From the IMG/VR virus record IMGVR_UViG_3300032242_003291, positions 124,001 to 188,000 of that record: a stretch of DNA of 64,000 bases. One strand, given 5' to 3'. Position numbers and translations under genes: made by a program. Below, piece by piece: positions 34,062 to 44,272 of the stretch (positions are counted from its first letter, which is position 1; each line of letters opens with the position of its first letter). The notes beneath the pieces were generated by a model that searched no databases, had not been told where the DNA came from, and saw only the letters and a program-made list of their open reading frames with translations.

Positions 34062-35050
34062 TATTTTTGAATAATTTGTTGTATAACCTTTTCGGCATCT
34101 TTAGGGTTCATCTTATGTTTGTGTTTGTTGTTTGCAAACCAATTTCTAACTAAGGTTTCAAAATCAACTTTTTCACCTTTGGCTCTTCTTTTGAATCCAG
34201 CTCTTTGAGCATCCAATTCATGTGGTTGTGTGTAGTATTTAACAGGGTTTTTTGGTTCTTTTTTTGGAAACTCATAACCTTGTTCATTTTGTTTCATGTG
34301 TTCTAATTCATGACGTATAACCTCATTTAACTCTCCTGTTAATTCTTGCAATATTGAATACTTTGCATCAGGATTTGAAATGATTGTAATATATAATAAG
34401 TCATCGTCACGATAATAATCGGCATCAACATCAATACCTTCAATATTTTTGTCTCCCTGTAAATCTAAGAAAATAGAAAAATCTGTAAGTCCTTTGAAAC
34501 TATATTCCATTTCATCAGGACGTAAATCTTCTGGTAAACCAAATTCACCCTGTCTTTGATATTTGAATAATGATATGATGTCTTTAACTATTTGACGAGT
34601 AATTCCATCATATTTTCCTTCAACTAGTAATCCTTCATTTAATTTCATAGGTTCTACTTCATTTACTACTTTAGTAAGTATTCCGTCAGGTAGTGAAAAA
34701 TATTTTAATAAATTTGATACTTTTTGTTTTAAAACCCAAGCCAAGTTATAATATCCCATGTCGTCATATGTTTTTATTTCAGTTTCACGACCAAAATGGG
34801 CTCTTAATATTGAATTAAACTTATCCGATTCTTTGTTAGTTGGTAAAATATATGCGGTAAACTGAACAAATGGTTTGGATGTTCCCATGTCAAGATAATG
34901 TTTCACACCAGTTAACTTTATTTTAATATTTGTTGGTGTTGCAAACTTACCATCACCATCAATGTCAAGATAATTTAATTCAAACACATGGTCTTTCAAA
35001 TATTTGTTGGCGGAAACAATTCCCTGTCTTATTTCATCAAGTTCGTTCAT
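34061..35050 (-). CDS. Putative zincin-like metallopeptidase-domain protein
   Basis: HELEH motif followed by YYTQPHELDA. Confidence 0.55.
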   Translation of the reverse strand: MNELDEIRQGIVSANKYLKDHVFELNYLDIDGDGKFATPTNIKIKLTGVKHYLDMGTSKPFVQFTAYILPTNKESDKFNSILRAHFGRETEIKTYDDMGYYNLAWVLKQKVSNLLKYFSLPDGILTKVVNEVEPMKLNEGLLVEGKYDGITRQIVKDIISLFKYQRQGEFGLPEDLRPDEMEYSFKGLTDFSIFLDLQGDKNIEGIDVDADYYRDDDLLYITIISNPDAKYSILQELTGELNEVIRHELEHMKQNEQGYEFPKKEPKNPVKYYTQPHELDAQRAGFKRRAKGEKVDFETLVRNWFANNKHKHKMNPKDAEKVIQQIIQK

Positions 35051-35152
35051 TAATTATAAATACCACTTGTCTTGTATAATTATTATTTGTATATTTGTCA
35101 TATAATATAAAAGGTTCTAATCTTTTTTGATACGAACGCCTATTTATATAAT

Positions 35153-35656
35153 ATGTCGTTAAAAGAAGAAATACTAAAACTTAAAGAAAAAGGATATTCT
35201 TATCAACAGATTCAAAAATCTCTGGGATGTAGTAAATCAACAATATCGTATCATTTAGGTGATAATCAAAAAGAAAGGGCTTACAATAGGGTTAAAAAAC
35301 AGAGAAAATTAAATCCTTGGTTGCATAAGACGGAAAAGTTCTTACAAGAATATGAGGGTAAGAAAATAACTTATAATCGAAGAGGTGATTTTGATAGGAA
35401 AAAATTAAAAGAATATTTATCGTCAGTAGATAAATGTTATTTGACGGGCAGACCAATTGATATTAATAATTTTAATACATATGAGTTTGACCATATAACT
35501 CCAAGATTGTTAGGTGGTAAAAGTTCTTTTGATAATTTAGGGATTGCTCGTCCCGAAGCAAATAGAGCAAAAAACGATTTAACCGTTGATGAATTTATTG
35601 AACTTTGTAAAGATGTTTTAGTAAATTTTGGTTATATTGTTAATAAAAAAATATAG
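35153..35656 (+). CDS. HNH endonuclease with N-terminal helix-turn-helix
   Basis: GYSYQQIQKSLGCSKSTISYHL; CYLTG…EFDHITPRLLGG…NLGIARPEANRAK. Confidence 0.85.
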   Translation: MSLKEEILKLKEKGYSYQQIQKSLGCSKSTISYHLGDNQKERAYNRVKKQRKLNPWLHKTEKFLQEYEGKKITYNRRGDFDRKKLKEYLSSVDKCYLTGRPIDINNFNTYEFDHITPRLLGGKSSFDNLGIARPEANRAKNDLTVDEFIELCKDVLVNFGYIVNKKI

Positions 35657-35739
35657 AGAGTTGGCCGAGTGGTTGATGGCACCGCTCTTGAAAAGCGGCA
35701 AGTGTAACAGCTTCTGGGGTTCGAATCCCTAACTCTCTG
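35655..35739 (+). tRNA. tRNA-Ser(UGA)
   Basis: CCGCT-CTTGAAA-AGCGG anticodon arm, long variable arm; first bases overlap the HNH stop codon. Confidence 0.95.
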
Positions 35740-35826
35740 CAAAAATCATAAACATTCAGTACAAATACTGAGTGTTTTTTTTTGACACAAACTTTTATTT
35801 TACTTATATTTTGTAAAAAGAATATT

Positions 35827-36867
35827 ATGTCCCGTTTAGATGAATTGAAGAAACAATATCCCGAATTAAATGTCTCAGTTTTTGATATGATGACAAGATT
35901 AGATACTTCGAAAACTTACAAGTATCTTCCATTGATGTGTAAAATATTTGGTCAAAAATTTAATCCAAAAAAATTCTGGTCTAATAAAGAAGATTATTCA
36001 TCAGGTATGTTGGAAATACAAGCTATGATGATGAATAAAGGAATTTCAACTGATGGTTTGATTGATGGTCAGATGTATTATATGGCAAATTACGTTGCAG
36101 AACATTTTAGTACTGACACCTATAATACCTTAAAAGAATTTATGGATTATATGGATAAAGGTCAAATTGAAAATAAAGATGTATCAGCATATAAGGATAT
36201 CGATGACGTAAGAGGTGCCGTAACATTAGCATCAATGAAAGAATTAACCAAAGACCTTGAGGGTCAAGTTGTGAAAGAATTTGAAGATGAAAAATGGGTT
36301 GCTGTAAGACCATTAACTTTCTCAGCATCCGCAAAATACGGTTCATCAACAAGATGGTGCACAACTTACCAAAGAGAAAAACAATATTTTGAAAAATATT
36401 GGAGGAGAGGCATTTTGGTTTATTTCATTAACAAACAAACAGGATACAAATTTGCTGGTTATAAAGGAATAGATGGAGACAATGATTTTAGTTTTTGGAA
36501 TGCTGAAGATTCAAGAATTGATTATCTTGACGTTGATGCTGACGATTACTTATTCCCAATTGTTAGAAAAATTTTCAAATCAGAACAAACAAATAAAAAT
36601 TTATGTTCTGATGAAATTCAAGAACAAGTTCATGAAGAATGTTTACACTCATATGATAAAATGAGAATTGATAGATTATATGAACCAGATGAAACAGTCC
36701 CAATTGATGAACAAGCAATCCAACAACCAGCTGAACCTGAACCAGCATCCTTTGCAGAACTGTTACGTGAAATATCTACGCATATGGAACAAGTTCAAGT
36801 TGAAACACAAGTTAGAGAATTAAGACCTGATGTAGTATATGATAATGTTCCAACTATGAGAGCTTAA
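35827..36867 (+). CDS. Hypothetical phage protein (S-x-KYGS-x-T-x-WC family)
   Basis: SAKYGSSTRWCTT, LVYFINK motifs shared with 1612..3111; start corrected. Confidence 0.75.
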   Translation: MSRLDELKKQYPELNVSVFDMMTRLDTSKTYKYLPLMCKIFGQKFNPKKFWSNKEDYSSGMLEIQAMMMNKGISTDGLIDGQMYYMANYVAEHFSTDTYNTLKEFMDYMDKGQIENKDVSAYKDIDDVRGAVTLASMKELTKDLEGQVVKEFEDEKWVAVRPLTFSASAKYGSSTRWCTTYQREKQYFEKYWRRGILVYFINKQTGYKFAGYKGIDGDNDFSFWNAEDSRIDYLDVDADDYLFPIVRKIFKSEQTNKNLCSDEIQEQVHEECLHSYDKMRIDRLYEPDETVPIDEQAIQQPAEPEPASFAELLREISTHMEQVQVETQVRELRPDVVYDNVPTMRA

Positions 36868-36871
36868 AATA

Positions 36872-36898
36872 TAGACCCACCCTCACGGTGGGTTTTTT
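36872..36898 (+). terminator. Intrinsic terminator
   Basis: GACCCACC-CTCAC-GGTGGGTT plus T-tract. Confidence 0.75.
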
Positions 36899-36926
36899 AT
36901 TACAAATAACAAAGTATTTATATTGA

Positions 36927-37697
36927 ATGGATAATAGACTACAGGAAATATTTGAAAGATACAACGTTACTGAAAAGAATAACTCTACAGGTAACTTGAA
37001 AAAACTTGAGAAGACAATATCTGAACTGCAAAAGTTGGATAAGGTATTACTATTAACATGCTCTAACAGATATAATTGGGACCCGAATGATATGGATATA
37101 CCAAAATCTACAATTCTTGCTATGGTCATCAATGAATATCTAAATGAAAAATCGGTTTTAATTGATGTTCCTGAATTACACATTACTCCTTGTGAAGGAA
37201 ACGTATCAAGAAAAGATGGGAACTCTTGTGGATTAATGAAAGCCAAATTAAAAGACAAAGATAAAAATCCAACAGGATATCATAGATGTTGGGCAAGTTT
37301 GAACGACAAGGATGATGAACTTTGGAAAATATCCAAAGAGTTATTTGAATCAAATGCGGTTATCTTTTTTACTTCTGTAAGGTGGGGTCAAGCCAGTATG
37401 TTCTATCAAAAATTAATTGAAAGATTGACTTGGATTGAAAATAGACACGAAACTTTGGGTGAATCCAACATTATTGAAAATATCCAAAGTGGATTTATTT
37501 GTACAGGTCAAAACTGGAAGGGTATGGATGTTGTAGATACTCAGAAAAGAGTACATACTTTTTATGGTTTCAAACCTAATGATTCATTTTATTGGAACTG
37601 GCAGTTTACAAACAAGATTACAGATGAGTCTCAAAAATCATATCAGGAAGCATTTCCTACGTTTGTGAAAAAATTTGACTTAAATAATTTATATTAG
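36927..37697 (+). CDS. Flavodoxin-fold NAD(P)H-dependent FMN reductase / iron-sulfur flavoprotein-like
   Basis: VLLLTCSNR, HITPCEGNVS…C, ESNAVIFFTSVRWG. Confidence 0.7.
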   Translation: MDNRLQEIFERYNVTEKNNSTGNLKKLEKTISELQKLDKVLLLTCSNRYNWDPNDMDIPKSTILAMVINEYLNEKSVLIDVPELHITPCEGNVSRKDGNSCGLMKAKLKDKDKNPTGYHRCWASLNDKDDELWKISKELFESNAVIFFTSVRWGQASMFYQKLIERLTWIENRHETLGESNIIENIQSGFICTGQNWKGMDVVDTQKRVHTFYGFKPNDSFYWNWQFTNKITDESQKSYQEAFPTFVKKFDLNNLY

Positions 37698-37991
37698 GTC
37701 GAGTTTTTCTTTATCTTTGAATGAAGGTCTTTTGTTCCAATGAACTTTTATTTTATTATTGATAGAAAAAATTTTGAAGAAGTCAGCAATATCTGACTCA
37801 GTTTGTTTTAATGTACTCTTCAAAGTATCATGTGGCTCAATATTAATAAAAACATGATATATTGGAGGTTGGTAACTTCCTTTCAAAACATCCATTACTT
37901 CCATACGAATAGGCATATCTGAACTAACTTTTGGTAACAAGACTGAGTTCAAATAATTACTTAAATATTCTTTAATTCTATTCAGGTTCAT
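37689..37991 (-). CDS. Hypothetical protein
   Basis: IKEYLSNYL motif; paralogous to adjacent gene. Confidence 0.6.
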   Translation of the reverse strand: MNLNRIKEYLSNYLNSVLLPKVSSDMPIRMEVMDVLKGSYQPPIYHVFINIEPHDTLKSTLKQTESDIADFFKIFSINNKIKVHWNKRPSFKDKEKLDLI

Positions 37992-38292
37992 AAATTGGTT
38001 GTGTTCTTTTATTCCAAGCGATTGTATATAATTTTTTAAGACCAATCATATTCAAAAATCTACCTATGTCAGTATTAATATGTGGTATAATACTTCCGTG
38101 TGACCAATCGGGGTCCATATCTAAAAAAACAACCATTTCACTTGGGGAAAATTCTTTACGTTTGATATCATAAACTTTTACTGTAATTGGTTCATCTTCA
38201 TCACCAACCAATTCTTGATTAATTTTTGGTGTTATAACATCATCGAGATATACTTGTAGATATTTTTTTATTTTTTCTAATTCCATTACCAA
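37978..38292 (-). CDS. Hypothetical protein
   Basis: IKKYLQVYL motif; paralogous to adjacent gene. Confidence 0.6.
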   Translation of the reverse strand: MVMELEKIKKYLQVYLDDVITPKINQELVGDEDEPITVKVYDIKRKEFSPSEMVVFLDMDPDWSHGSIIPHINTDIGRFLNMIGLKKLYTIAWNKRTQPIYEPE

Positions 38293-38831
38293 GAATTTGA
38301 AGATGACAATCCCATCTGTTTAGAATATCTAGCAACATGACATGACCAATATCCTGCAGTTGTCCTATCCGTTTTTTGAGAGCAATTTCGGCTTTCATTA
38401 ATCATTGTGTTAGAGTTTCCAAAAGTAACTTTTTTAACCCCACCTGTTTTGCTCTTAGTATAAACCGCAAATTTATTAGAACGTCTTGGACTTTTGGATT
38501 CAGTTAAAACATCTTCTTTAGTTTCATAGATGTAAGGTGCATCCAAATAAACATATTCTTTACCCACCTTAATTTTAATACCTAAATCGGATTCAATCAT
38601 TAATCTATCTTCTTCATTTAGGTCAATTTTACCTTCATTAAATAATTCTCTCACTTCATTAACCAAATCAAAATATCCCTCAGAGTAGACTCTGAATGCA
38701 TTATTTTTTAAAGATAATCCATTATCAATGTGGTATTTTAATACGTCAGAAACGTTCACATTTTCCTTCAAAATAAGGGACCTATCAATATGTTTCTGTA
38801 AAGATTCTTTAATTAAATCACGTAAACCCAT
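38286..38831 (-). CDS. Hypothetical phage protein
   Basis: 181-aa ORF after TATTTAT; C-terminal KKVTFG…AGYWSC. Confidence 0.7.
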   Translation of the reverse strand: MGLRDLIKESLQKHIDRSLILKENVNVSDVLKYHIDNGLSLKNNAFRVYSEGYFDLVNEVRELFNEGKIDLNEEDRLMIESDLGIKIKVGKEYVYLDAPYIYETKEDVLTESKSPRRSNKFAVYTKSKTGGVKKVTFGNSNTMINESRNCSQKTDRTTAGYWSCHVARYSKQMGLSSSNSW

Positions 38832-38854
38832 AAGACTATTTTATAATAAATACT

Positions 38855-39478
38855 CTAATCTTTTTTAAGTTTAATCTTCCAATAAACCCCCCCTCCAATA
38901 TAAGGTCTGAATTCGCCAGAAGTACCATCTATAGTCCTATTCGTCGCACCAAGATTAATTTGATATAGGTGGTCTTGTTTAGTTTTGAGTATCAATCCCA
39001 AGCCGACTGAGTTAACCCAATCCTCTTTGCTTACAGCTCCGTTGATACCGAAGAAAACTTGGTTTCTAATTGGAGGTGGGGGTGGCGGTGTTTCTCTTAC
39101 AATCTTTGGTTTGATAGTTGCTGAGAACTTTCTATCTACAATTTTGTTTTGATTTACCGTTTCATTCAAATAAACAAAACCTTGATTATTGGATAATTTT
39201 AGTGTGTCTTTTGTTGTAGTGAAAACCATGTAATCTTTAAGGATTGCTGCGGTATCAACACTTTGTATTGTCGTTACGTAGATTGTTGTATCTTTTATGA
39301 TTGTTTCACCAGGTAAATAAACTGGTACCTCCATTGGAATTGTATCGTGTAGTAATTCAGGTTTAGACGGTACTTCTTGAAAGACAATTTCCTTCTTTGG
39401 TTTTTTTATGTATAGGAATACACATAATCCTAATAGGATTAAAATAATAAAATGTCTTACGTCTAAAATCTTTTTCAT
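38855..39478 (-). CDS. Membrane-anchored exported protein
   Basis: N-terminal TM, D-T-I/T/A motifs, beta-rich C-terminus ending YWKIKL. Confidence 0.7.
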   Translation of the reverse strand: MKKILDVRHFIILILLGLCVFLYIKKPKKEIVFQEVPSKPELLHDTIPMEVPVYLPGETIIKDTTIYVTTIQSVDTAAILKDYMVFTTTKDTLKLSNNQGFVYLNETVNQNKIVDRKFSATIKPKIVRETPPPPPPIRNQVFFGINGAVSKEDWVNSVGLGLILKTKQDHLYQINLGATNRTIDGTSGEFRPYIGGGVYWKIKLKKD

Positions 39479-39479
39479 A

Positions 39480-40922
39480 TTATAATATTACTCTTGAACC
39501 AATCAGGAAGTTATGCAAGATTGGTGAACCTTTCTGAGTTGAACTCGAAAGTTTATAGTTGAAACTAAATCCAAATCTTTTACTTATTTTATAGTCAAAT
39601 GAACTACCAAGTAGGAATGAAAAATTTCTATTTACTAAAGTCTGTCCTGTTTTTGGGTTCCATGCTATCGGAGAATTCATAAGAAATACTTGTGGAGATA
39701 TTGTTAGTTTATTACTGTATTGATAAGGCTTAGTCCAAAACGCAACTGCGGATGTACTCATATTGTAGTCAAAGTTTTTAGAAGAATTTACTAAGAACAA
39801 ATTAATCACACTAAGGTTGTAACCAAATGTTCCGTATTTTGGGTGCGGTTTGATATATGTATATCCCATTAAATTCATATAGTTACCACTTAGGTATGCA
39901 AATGCTGTTGAATAAGAATGTATCGCATTTAATTTACCACCTTCGAAATCCATTTTTGTATATCCACCACCAACAACGAATTGTTGTAGGTTACTATAAA
40001 TCATTGAAGTTAAACTCCAACTTTCATTACCAATTGCTGATGACTTACTAATACCCATAGTAATTGCAGCGGAATATTTTCCATCTGCACCTTGACCTGT
40101 TGTTAAATCAGATGCCAACAACATTGGATTTGGATTTACTTGTTTTTTCTTCTCTTCTTTCTTTTTGTCATCCTTTTTTTCTTCTTTTTTCTCTTCCTTT
40201 TTTTCTTCTTTTTTCTCTTCCTTTTTTTCTTCAGATTTTTTTTCTTCTTTCTTTTCCTCGGTTTTAGATTCTTCCTTTTTTTCTTCAGATTTACTTTCAG
40301 ATTTAGATTCTGATTTAGATTCTGATTTAGATTCTGATTTGTTTTCAGATGAACTATTTTCAGATTTACTCTCAGTTTTTGTTTCGGTTTTACTTTCGGA
40401 TGACGATGACGAAGATGACGATGATGATGACGATGATGATGACGAAGAACTACTACTAGAACTTGTAGAAGAATTATTTCCTGATGGTGGAGGAGGTGGT
40501 GTTGAACTTGCTGATGAACTTGCAGCACTTGACGCTGAACTACTTGCCGCACTTGAAGCAGACGAACTTGCGGCACTTGACGCTGAACTTGCAGCTGCGG
40601 CTGCGGCTGAACTCGCAGCATTAGAAGCGGCGTTTGACGCTGCTTGAGTTACCACGGCAGTTACAACAGTATTTACAACACAAGGAGTTGTTAAAACACT
40701 ATTAACCCAAGTTTGAAACGTTCCGTTATTGATGTCGGCTAAAGTAACAACTCTTGATTTACCTCGTATTACAGCCACCGTACTATTCATACCAAATGGA
40801 ATAGTTACGACATAAACCTTATTATCACAAGGGTCAATATAAGTTTGAGTAATAGTTTGCCCCTCCACTTTTTTAATGGAAAATAACATTATTATTAACA
40901 GGAGGGGAAACCATTTCTTCAT
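39480..40922 (-). CDS. Exported protein with long low-complexity stalk and C-terminal beta-barrel-like domain
   Basis: Signal peptide; Ala/Ser, poly-Pro, poly-Ser and KEEK tracts; amphipathic strands at C-terminus. Confidence 0.75.
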   Translation of the reverse strand: MKKWFPLLLIIMLFSIKKVEGQTITQTYIDPCDNKVYVVTIPFGMNSTVAVIRGKSRVVTLADINNGTFQTWVNSVLTTPCVVNTVVTAVVTQAASNAASNAASSAAAAAASSASSAASSSASSAASSSASSAASSSASSTPPPPPSGNNSSTSSSSSSSSSSSSSSSSSSSSSSESKTETKTESKSENSSSENKSESKSESKSESKSESKSEEKKEESKTEEKKEEKKSEEKKEEKKEEKKEEKKEEKKDDKKKEEKKKQVNPNPMLLASDLTTGQGADGKYSAAITMGISKSSAIGNESWSLTSMIYSNLQQFVVGGGYTKMDFEGGKLNAIHSYSTAFAYLSGNYMNLMGYTYIKPHPKYGTFGYNLSVINLFLVNSSKNFDYNMSTSAVAFWTKPYQYSNKLTISPQVFLMNSPIAWNPKTGQTLVNRNFSFLLGSSFDYKISKRFGFSFNYKLSSSTQKGSPILHNFLIGSRVIL

Positions 40923-41647
40923 TATTTAGCGAATATTCCTTTTTTCACCATTTTACCTAAGATATTTGCACATGCAATATCCAAAGATTTTTTAGTTGCA
41001 ATACTGATTGTGGATTGATTAAATTTAACAGGGTCTACAGTTGCATCAGACAAGAAAGTTAATTCTCTTGTTGTTTTTGCCTCACCTAATCCAGATGCTG
41101 CAATGATTGTACCATTTTCAGCATCTGTGAATCTAACTTGTAAACCAATACGAGTTACCATTAAATTTTTAACACCATCTTTTAGGTTCACAGTTTCATC
41201 TTCTGAAACAGAATAGTCATAACATTCTATTTCAACAAAGTAGTGAGCTAATTTAATCTTACCTCTACCATCTAATTTGTTTTCAGATATTCCAGCTTGT
41301 GATGCTTGGAATTGTTTTACCATTCTGTTCTTAATTTCTGTTTTGTCTTCAGTAAATTCAAAACGATTCAAGTTATCAAGATATTCAAGTACAATATTTG
41401 TAACACCTAAACCTACTCTTTTTTCTTTCAATTCAGGATACATTTCATACATCTCATCATTGATTCCACATTTCAAAAGTTGGATATTTTTCTTTGGTCC
41501 ATTATAATCCAAGAATTGTGATATATCACTTTTAGTTTCAAACGACGCTTTGTAATCTTCTGTTTTAGTTTTACCAATTGTTTGTGCCGATACAATTGTT
41601 GTTGTCCCTAAAAATAATAGTGACAACAAACTTAATTTTTTTATCAT
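40922..41647 (-). CDS. CsgG-like (curli secretion channel family) protein
   Basis: Signal peptide; GLGVTNIVLEYLDNLNRFEF, IGLQVRFTDAENGTII pattern. Confidence 0.65.
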   Translation of the reverse strand: MIKKLSLLSLLFLGTTTIVSAQTIGKTKTEDYKASFETKSDISQFLDYNGPKKNIQLLKCGINDEMYEMYPELKEKRVGLGVTNIVLEYLDNLNRFEFTEDKTEIKNRMVKQFQASQAGISENKLDGRGKIKLAHYFVEIECYDYSVSEDETVNLKDGVKNLMVTRIGLQVRFTDAENGTIIAASGLGEAKTTRELTFLSDATVDPVKFNQSTISIATKKSLDIACANILGKMVKKGIFAK

Positions 41648-41650
41648 AGA

Positions 41651-42019
41651 TTAAATTTTGTTGAAGTCAGTAATCGCCAATAGACTACCATTATTATCAT
41701 ACACCGCAATTCTATAAGCCGAACTTGGTAAAGCTGACGTATAAAGTTTTAGTATATTGTCACCAGATTGTAGGTCTGATGTAGATTTTGAAACAACTCT
41801 GTTTGTAATGTCCGTAATTTTAACGGTTACAGTTTGTGCCGCTTGAGTTTTTACATTCATTGAAACTTCAGTCGTTACAAATGACGTTTGTAATTTAATA
41901 CCCACCGAACTTGTAATTGCTAAGTTGGGGTCAATTTGAGCTGGGTTTGACGCAATAGGTACATTCTTAGTACAACCTACGAGTACAAATAAACCAATTA
42001 AAAAAGATAGTTTTTTCAT
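41651..42019 (-). CDS. Lipoprotein with T9SS-CTD/FlgD-like Ig domain
   Basis: Lipobox LVG-C; VKITDITNRVV…GDNILKLYTSALPSSAYRI. Confidence 0.6.
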   Translation of the reverse strand: MKKLSFLIGLFVLVGCTKNVPIASNPAQIDPNLAITSSVGIKLQTSFVTTEVSMNVKTQAAQTVTVKITDITNRVVSKSTSDLQSGDNILKLYTSALPSSAYRIAVYDNNGSLLAITDFNKI

Positions 42020-42020
42020 T

Positions 42021-42380
42021 TTATTTGATTGTTATTTTAGTTTTATTTATTTGATTATTATTGTTATCCATTAACACCACATCCAAATAAGTTTGAGTCA
42101 ATGTTTTTGTATATATGTTTAAGGTGTTTACACCTACTTTACCAGTGAATTTTTCCCTGCTCACAACTTGATTTTGAATTGTATCAACCATGGTTAATGT
42201 ATATAATCCACTCATCTGAAGGGTAAAATTAATTGTATCACCATTTGATACAGTATTCATCGAGTTATCAAAAAAACTTGATTTGTTAGGCTTAAATTCT
42301 ACAGGTGCATTTAATACTTTTTTACAAGAAATCATAAAAATAGCACAACACAATATTATAATTTTGATACGATTCATCAT
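42021..42380 (-). CDS. Lipoprotein with Ig-like domain, paralogous to 41651..42019
   Basis: Lipobox MIS-C; TLTMVDTIQNQVV…GVNTLNIYTKTL. Confidence 0.6.
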   Translation of the reverse strand: MMNRIKIIILCCAIFMISCKKVLNAPVEFKPNKSSFFDNSMNTVSNGDTINFTLQMSGLYTLTMVDTIQNQVVSREKFTGKVGVNTLNIYTKTLTQTYLDVVLMDNNNNQINKTKITIK

Positions 42381-44272
42381 ATTAATTTAATTTTAAGTTG
42401 TGTTCCATTTTGATTAACAGCGTCAGTAGCATTTACCGATATCAAACCAAATACATTATTTAGTTTTGTTAGTGTTTTGAAACTTATTTTATATGATGTT
42501 TTATTATCCAAAGTTGTGGTACCATCAGTAATCAAAGAACCGACATTTATATACGTTCCTTTATCAGTTCCAAAATTTGATGGATTACCATTTGTTGTGA
42601 ACTTAACCGTTGAAAATTTCAACAAACTATTATCATAGTTTATCATAAATTGTGTACCAACGACCTGTTGTAATGATGGATTCAATGTTATTGTTACAAC
42701 AACAGAATCACCAATTAATTCTGATACAATTGTCGATTGTATTTCATTACTAACACCCATCGTTTTAACCGACATTGTTGTTAGATTATTAGATTTTGGT
42801 GTTGTTGAATGTGATAGATTTACATCTCCCTTCCAAGCCACCGATAAATTTAATGAATCAGTCGATTTACCTGTGTTTATGTCGAATGAATATGTTGAAC
42901 TCAATGGATTAATAAATGTATTCCAATTGGATTTCCCAATACTATCATATCTTGTTTGAGGGATTAATCTCACCGTCTTATTTAGATTGAATGTGTCCAC
43001 TAAAGTCTTCGTACCTGTCAAATTTTGTAATAAAGCGAAACAATCTGCCTCATTAAAAATACCATCATTATTTATATCTGCATTTTGATATTGAATTCCG
43101 TATGTAAATGATGAACCGTTTTGATTTCCAAATAATCCTTGATTTGAATATTCTTGAAACGCCATATACACATCAGAAACTGTTACAATACTATTATAAA
43201 GAGTTGTTAAGTTGTTTGTTGTTGTAAGTGTAATTGATTGTGTTTTGTACACCATATTAGAACTGAATGATACATTACAAGAGAATGCATAATTATTATA
43301 TCCTGCATTTCTTATACTAGAATTGTATAAAGAAGTACCATCCAAAACTTTTGCTAATGTTGATGGAACAGTATATTGAGCCCATGTACCGTCACTTGTT
43401 CTAAACGTCACAGGACCACTATATACATCCAATATTGAGACACTATTAACTGAGGATGGTGTTGTATTCCCGAATTGTCTCATATCAATATAGAGTGTTG
43501 TAACCCCATTGAAAAAATTAACATAACTCCACTCTACTTGTCCTGAAGTAATTTTACCGTTATAACCGTTAGATATTTTTGTACTATCTAAACTTGTTGT
43601 TATATCAATCAAACCTGCAGTACTTAATGGCGAACTAATTGAAAATGTTGTTGGTGTTATACTAGTATTAAAATTAAAATTTGCTACCGCTTTTTTAGTT
43701 GGTGTAGATGGTGATATTGAATAACACTCGTCTGATTGAAGGCTGTATGTGGATTGTGAAGGTCTTTTCCAAATTACATATAGTCCCCAACCTCCTCCTA
43801 CTTGTTGAAATCTTGCCTTCAAAGCGTAAGCACGACCAGCAACTAAATTAATAGTTCCATAACGATAACCACCAAATCCATGTACTCCATAAAATGATGT
43901 TATAACAACACCATCTAATAAAAAATCAACAGCATCATCACCATCTATTGCAAATGTATATGTACCTGTTTCTTTTGGAACAAACCATCCAGTTGTTTGG
44001 ATTCCAAAATAATTCGCACCATTTGGAACACCTGTGAAAAATGTTTGACTATAATACAATGCATTTGATGCTGTTGTTGTTCCAGATTTATAAATGATAG
44101 TACCCGTTGATGTGTTAAATAGATTTACAAAATCAGCATCATTATTTGGATATGTATTTCTAAAACTACTTGCGTTAGTATTATAGATGGTATAATTCAA
44201 ATAACCCACTCCCGACTGGGAGTAGGTTATTGAAAATATTATTAAAAATAAAAACGTTAATAGTTTTTTCAT
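42377..44272 (-). CDS. Exported PA14 + dockerin-like + cohesin-like protein
   Basis: Signal peptide; GWFVPKETGTYTFAIDGDD (PA14); ADINNDGIFNEAD (EF-hand/dockerin); GTQFMINYDNSLLKF (cohesin). Confidence 0.75.
   Translation of the reverse strand: MKKLLTFLFLIIFSITYSQSGVGYLNYTIYNTNASSFRNTYPNNDADFVNLFNTSTGTIIYKSGTTTASNALYYSQTFFTGVPNGANYFGIQTTGWFVPKETGTYTFAIDGDDAVDFLLDGVVITSFYGVHGFGGYRYGTINLVAGRAYALKARFQQVGGGWGLYVIWKRPSQSTYSLQSDECYSISPSTPTKKAVANFNFNTSITPTTFSISSPLSTAGLIDITTSLDSTKISNGYNGKITSGQVEWSYVNFFNGVTTLYIDMRQFGNTTPSSVNSVSILDVYSGPVTFRTSDGTWAQYTVPSTLAKVLDGTSLYNSSIRNAGYNNYAFSCNVSFSSNMVYKTQSITLTTTNNLTTLYNSIVTVSDVYMAFQEYSNQGLFGNQNGSSFTYGIQYQNADINNDGIFNEADCFALLQNLTGTKTLVDTFNLNKTVRLIPQTRYDSIGKSNWNTFINPLSSTYSFDINTGKSTDSLNLSVAWKGDVNLSHSTTPKSNNLTTMSVKTMGVSNEIQSTIVSELIGDSVVVTITLNPSLQQVVGTQFMINYDNSLLKFSTVKFTTNGNPSNFGTDKGTYINVGSLITDGTTTLDNKTSYKISFKTLTKLNNVFGLISVNATDAVNQNGTQLKIKLI

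Noticed and set aside
35125-35165. Start-masking hairpin for the second HNH gene
   Set aside because: Only about 4 contiguous base pairs possible; too weak to claim
39857-40647. Several long overlapping ORFs (39857, 40064, 40136, 40165)
   Set aside because: Shadow frames produced by the low-complexity stalk of 39480..40922
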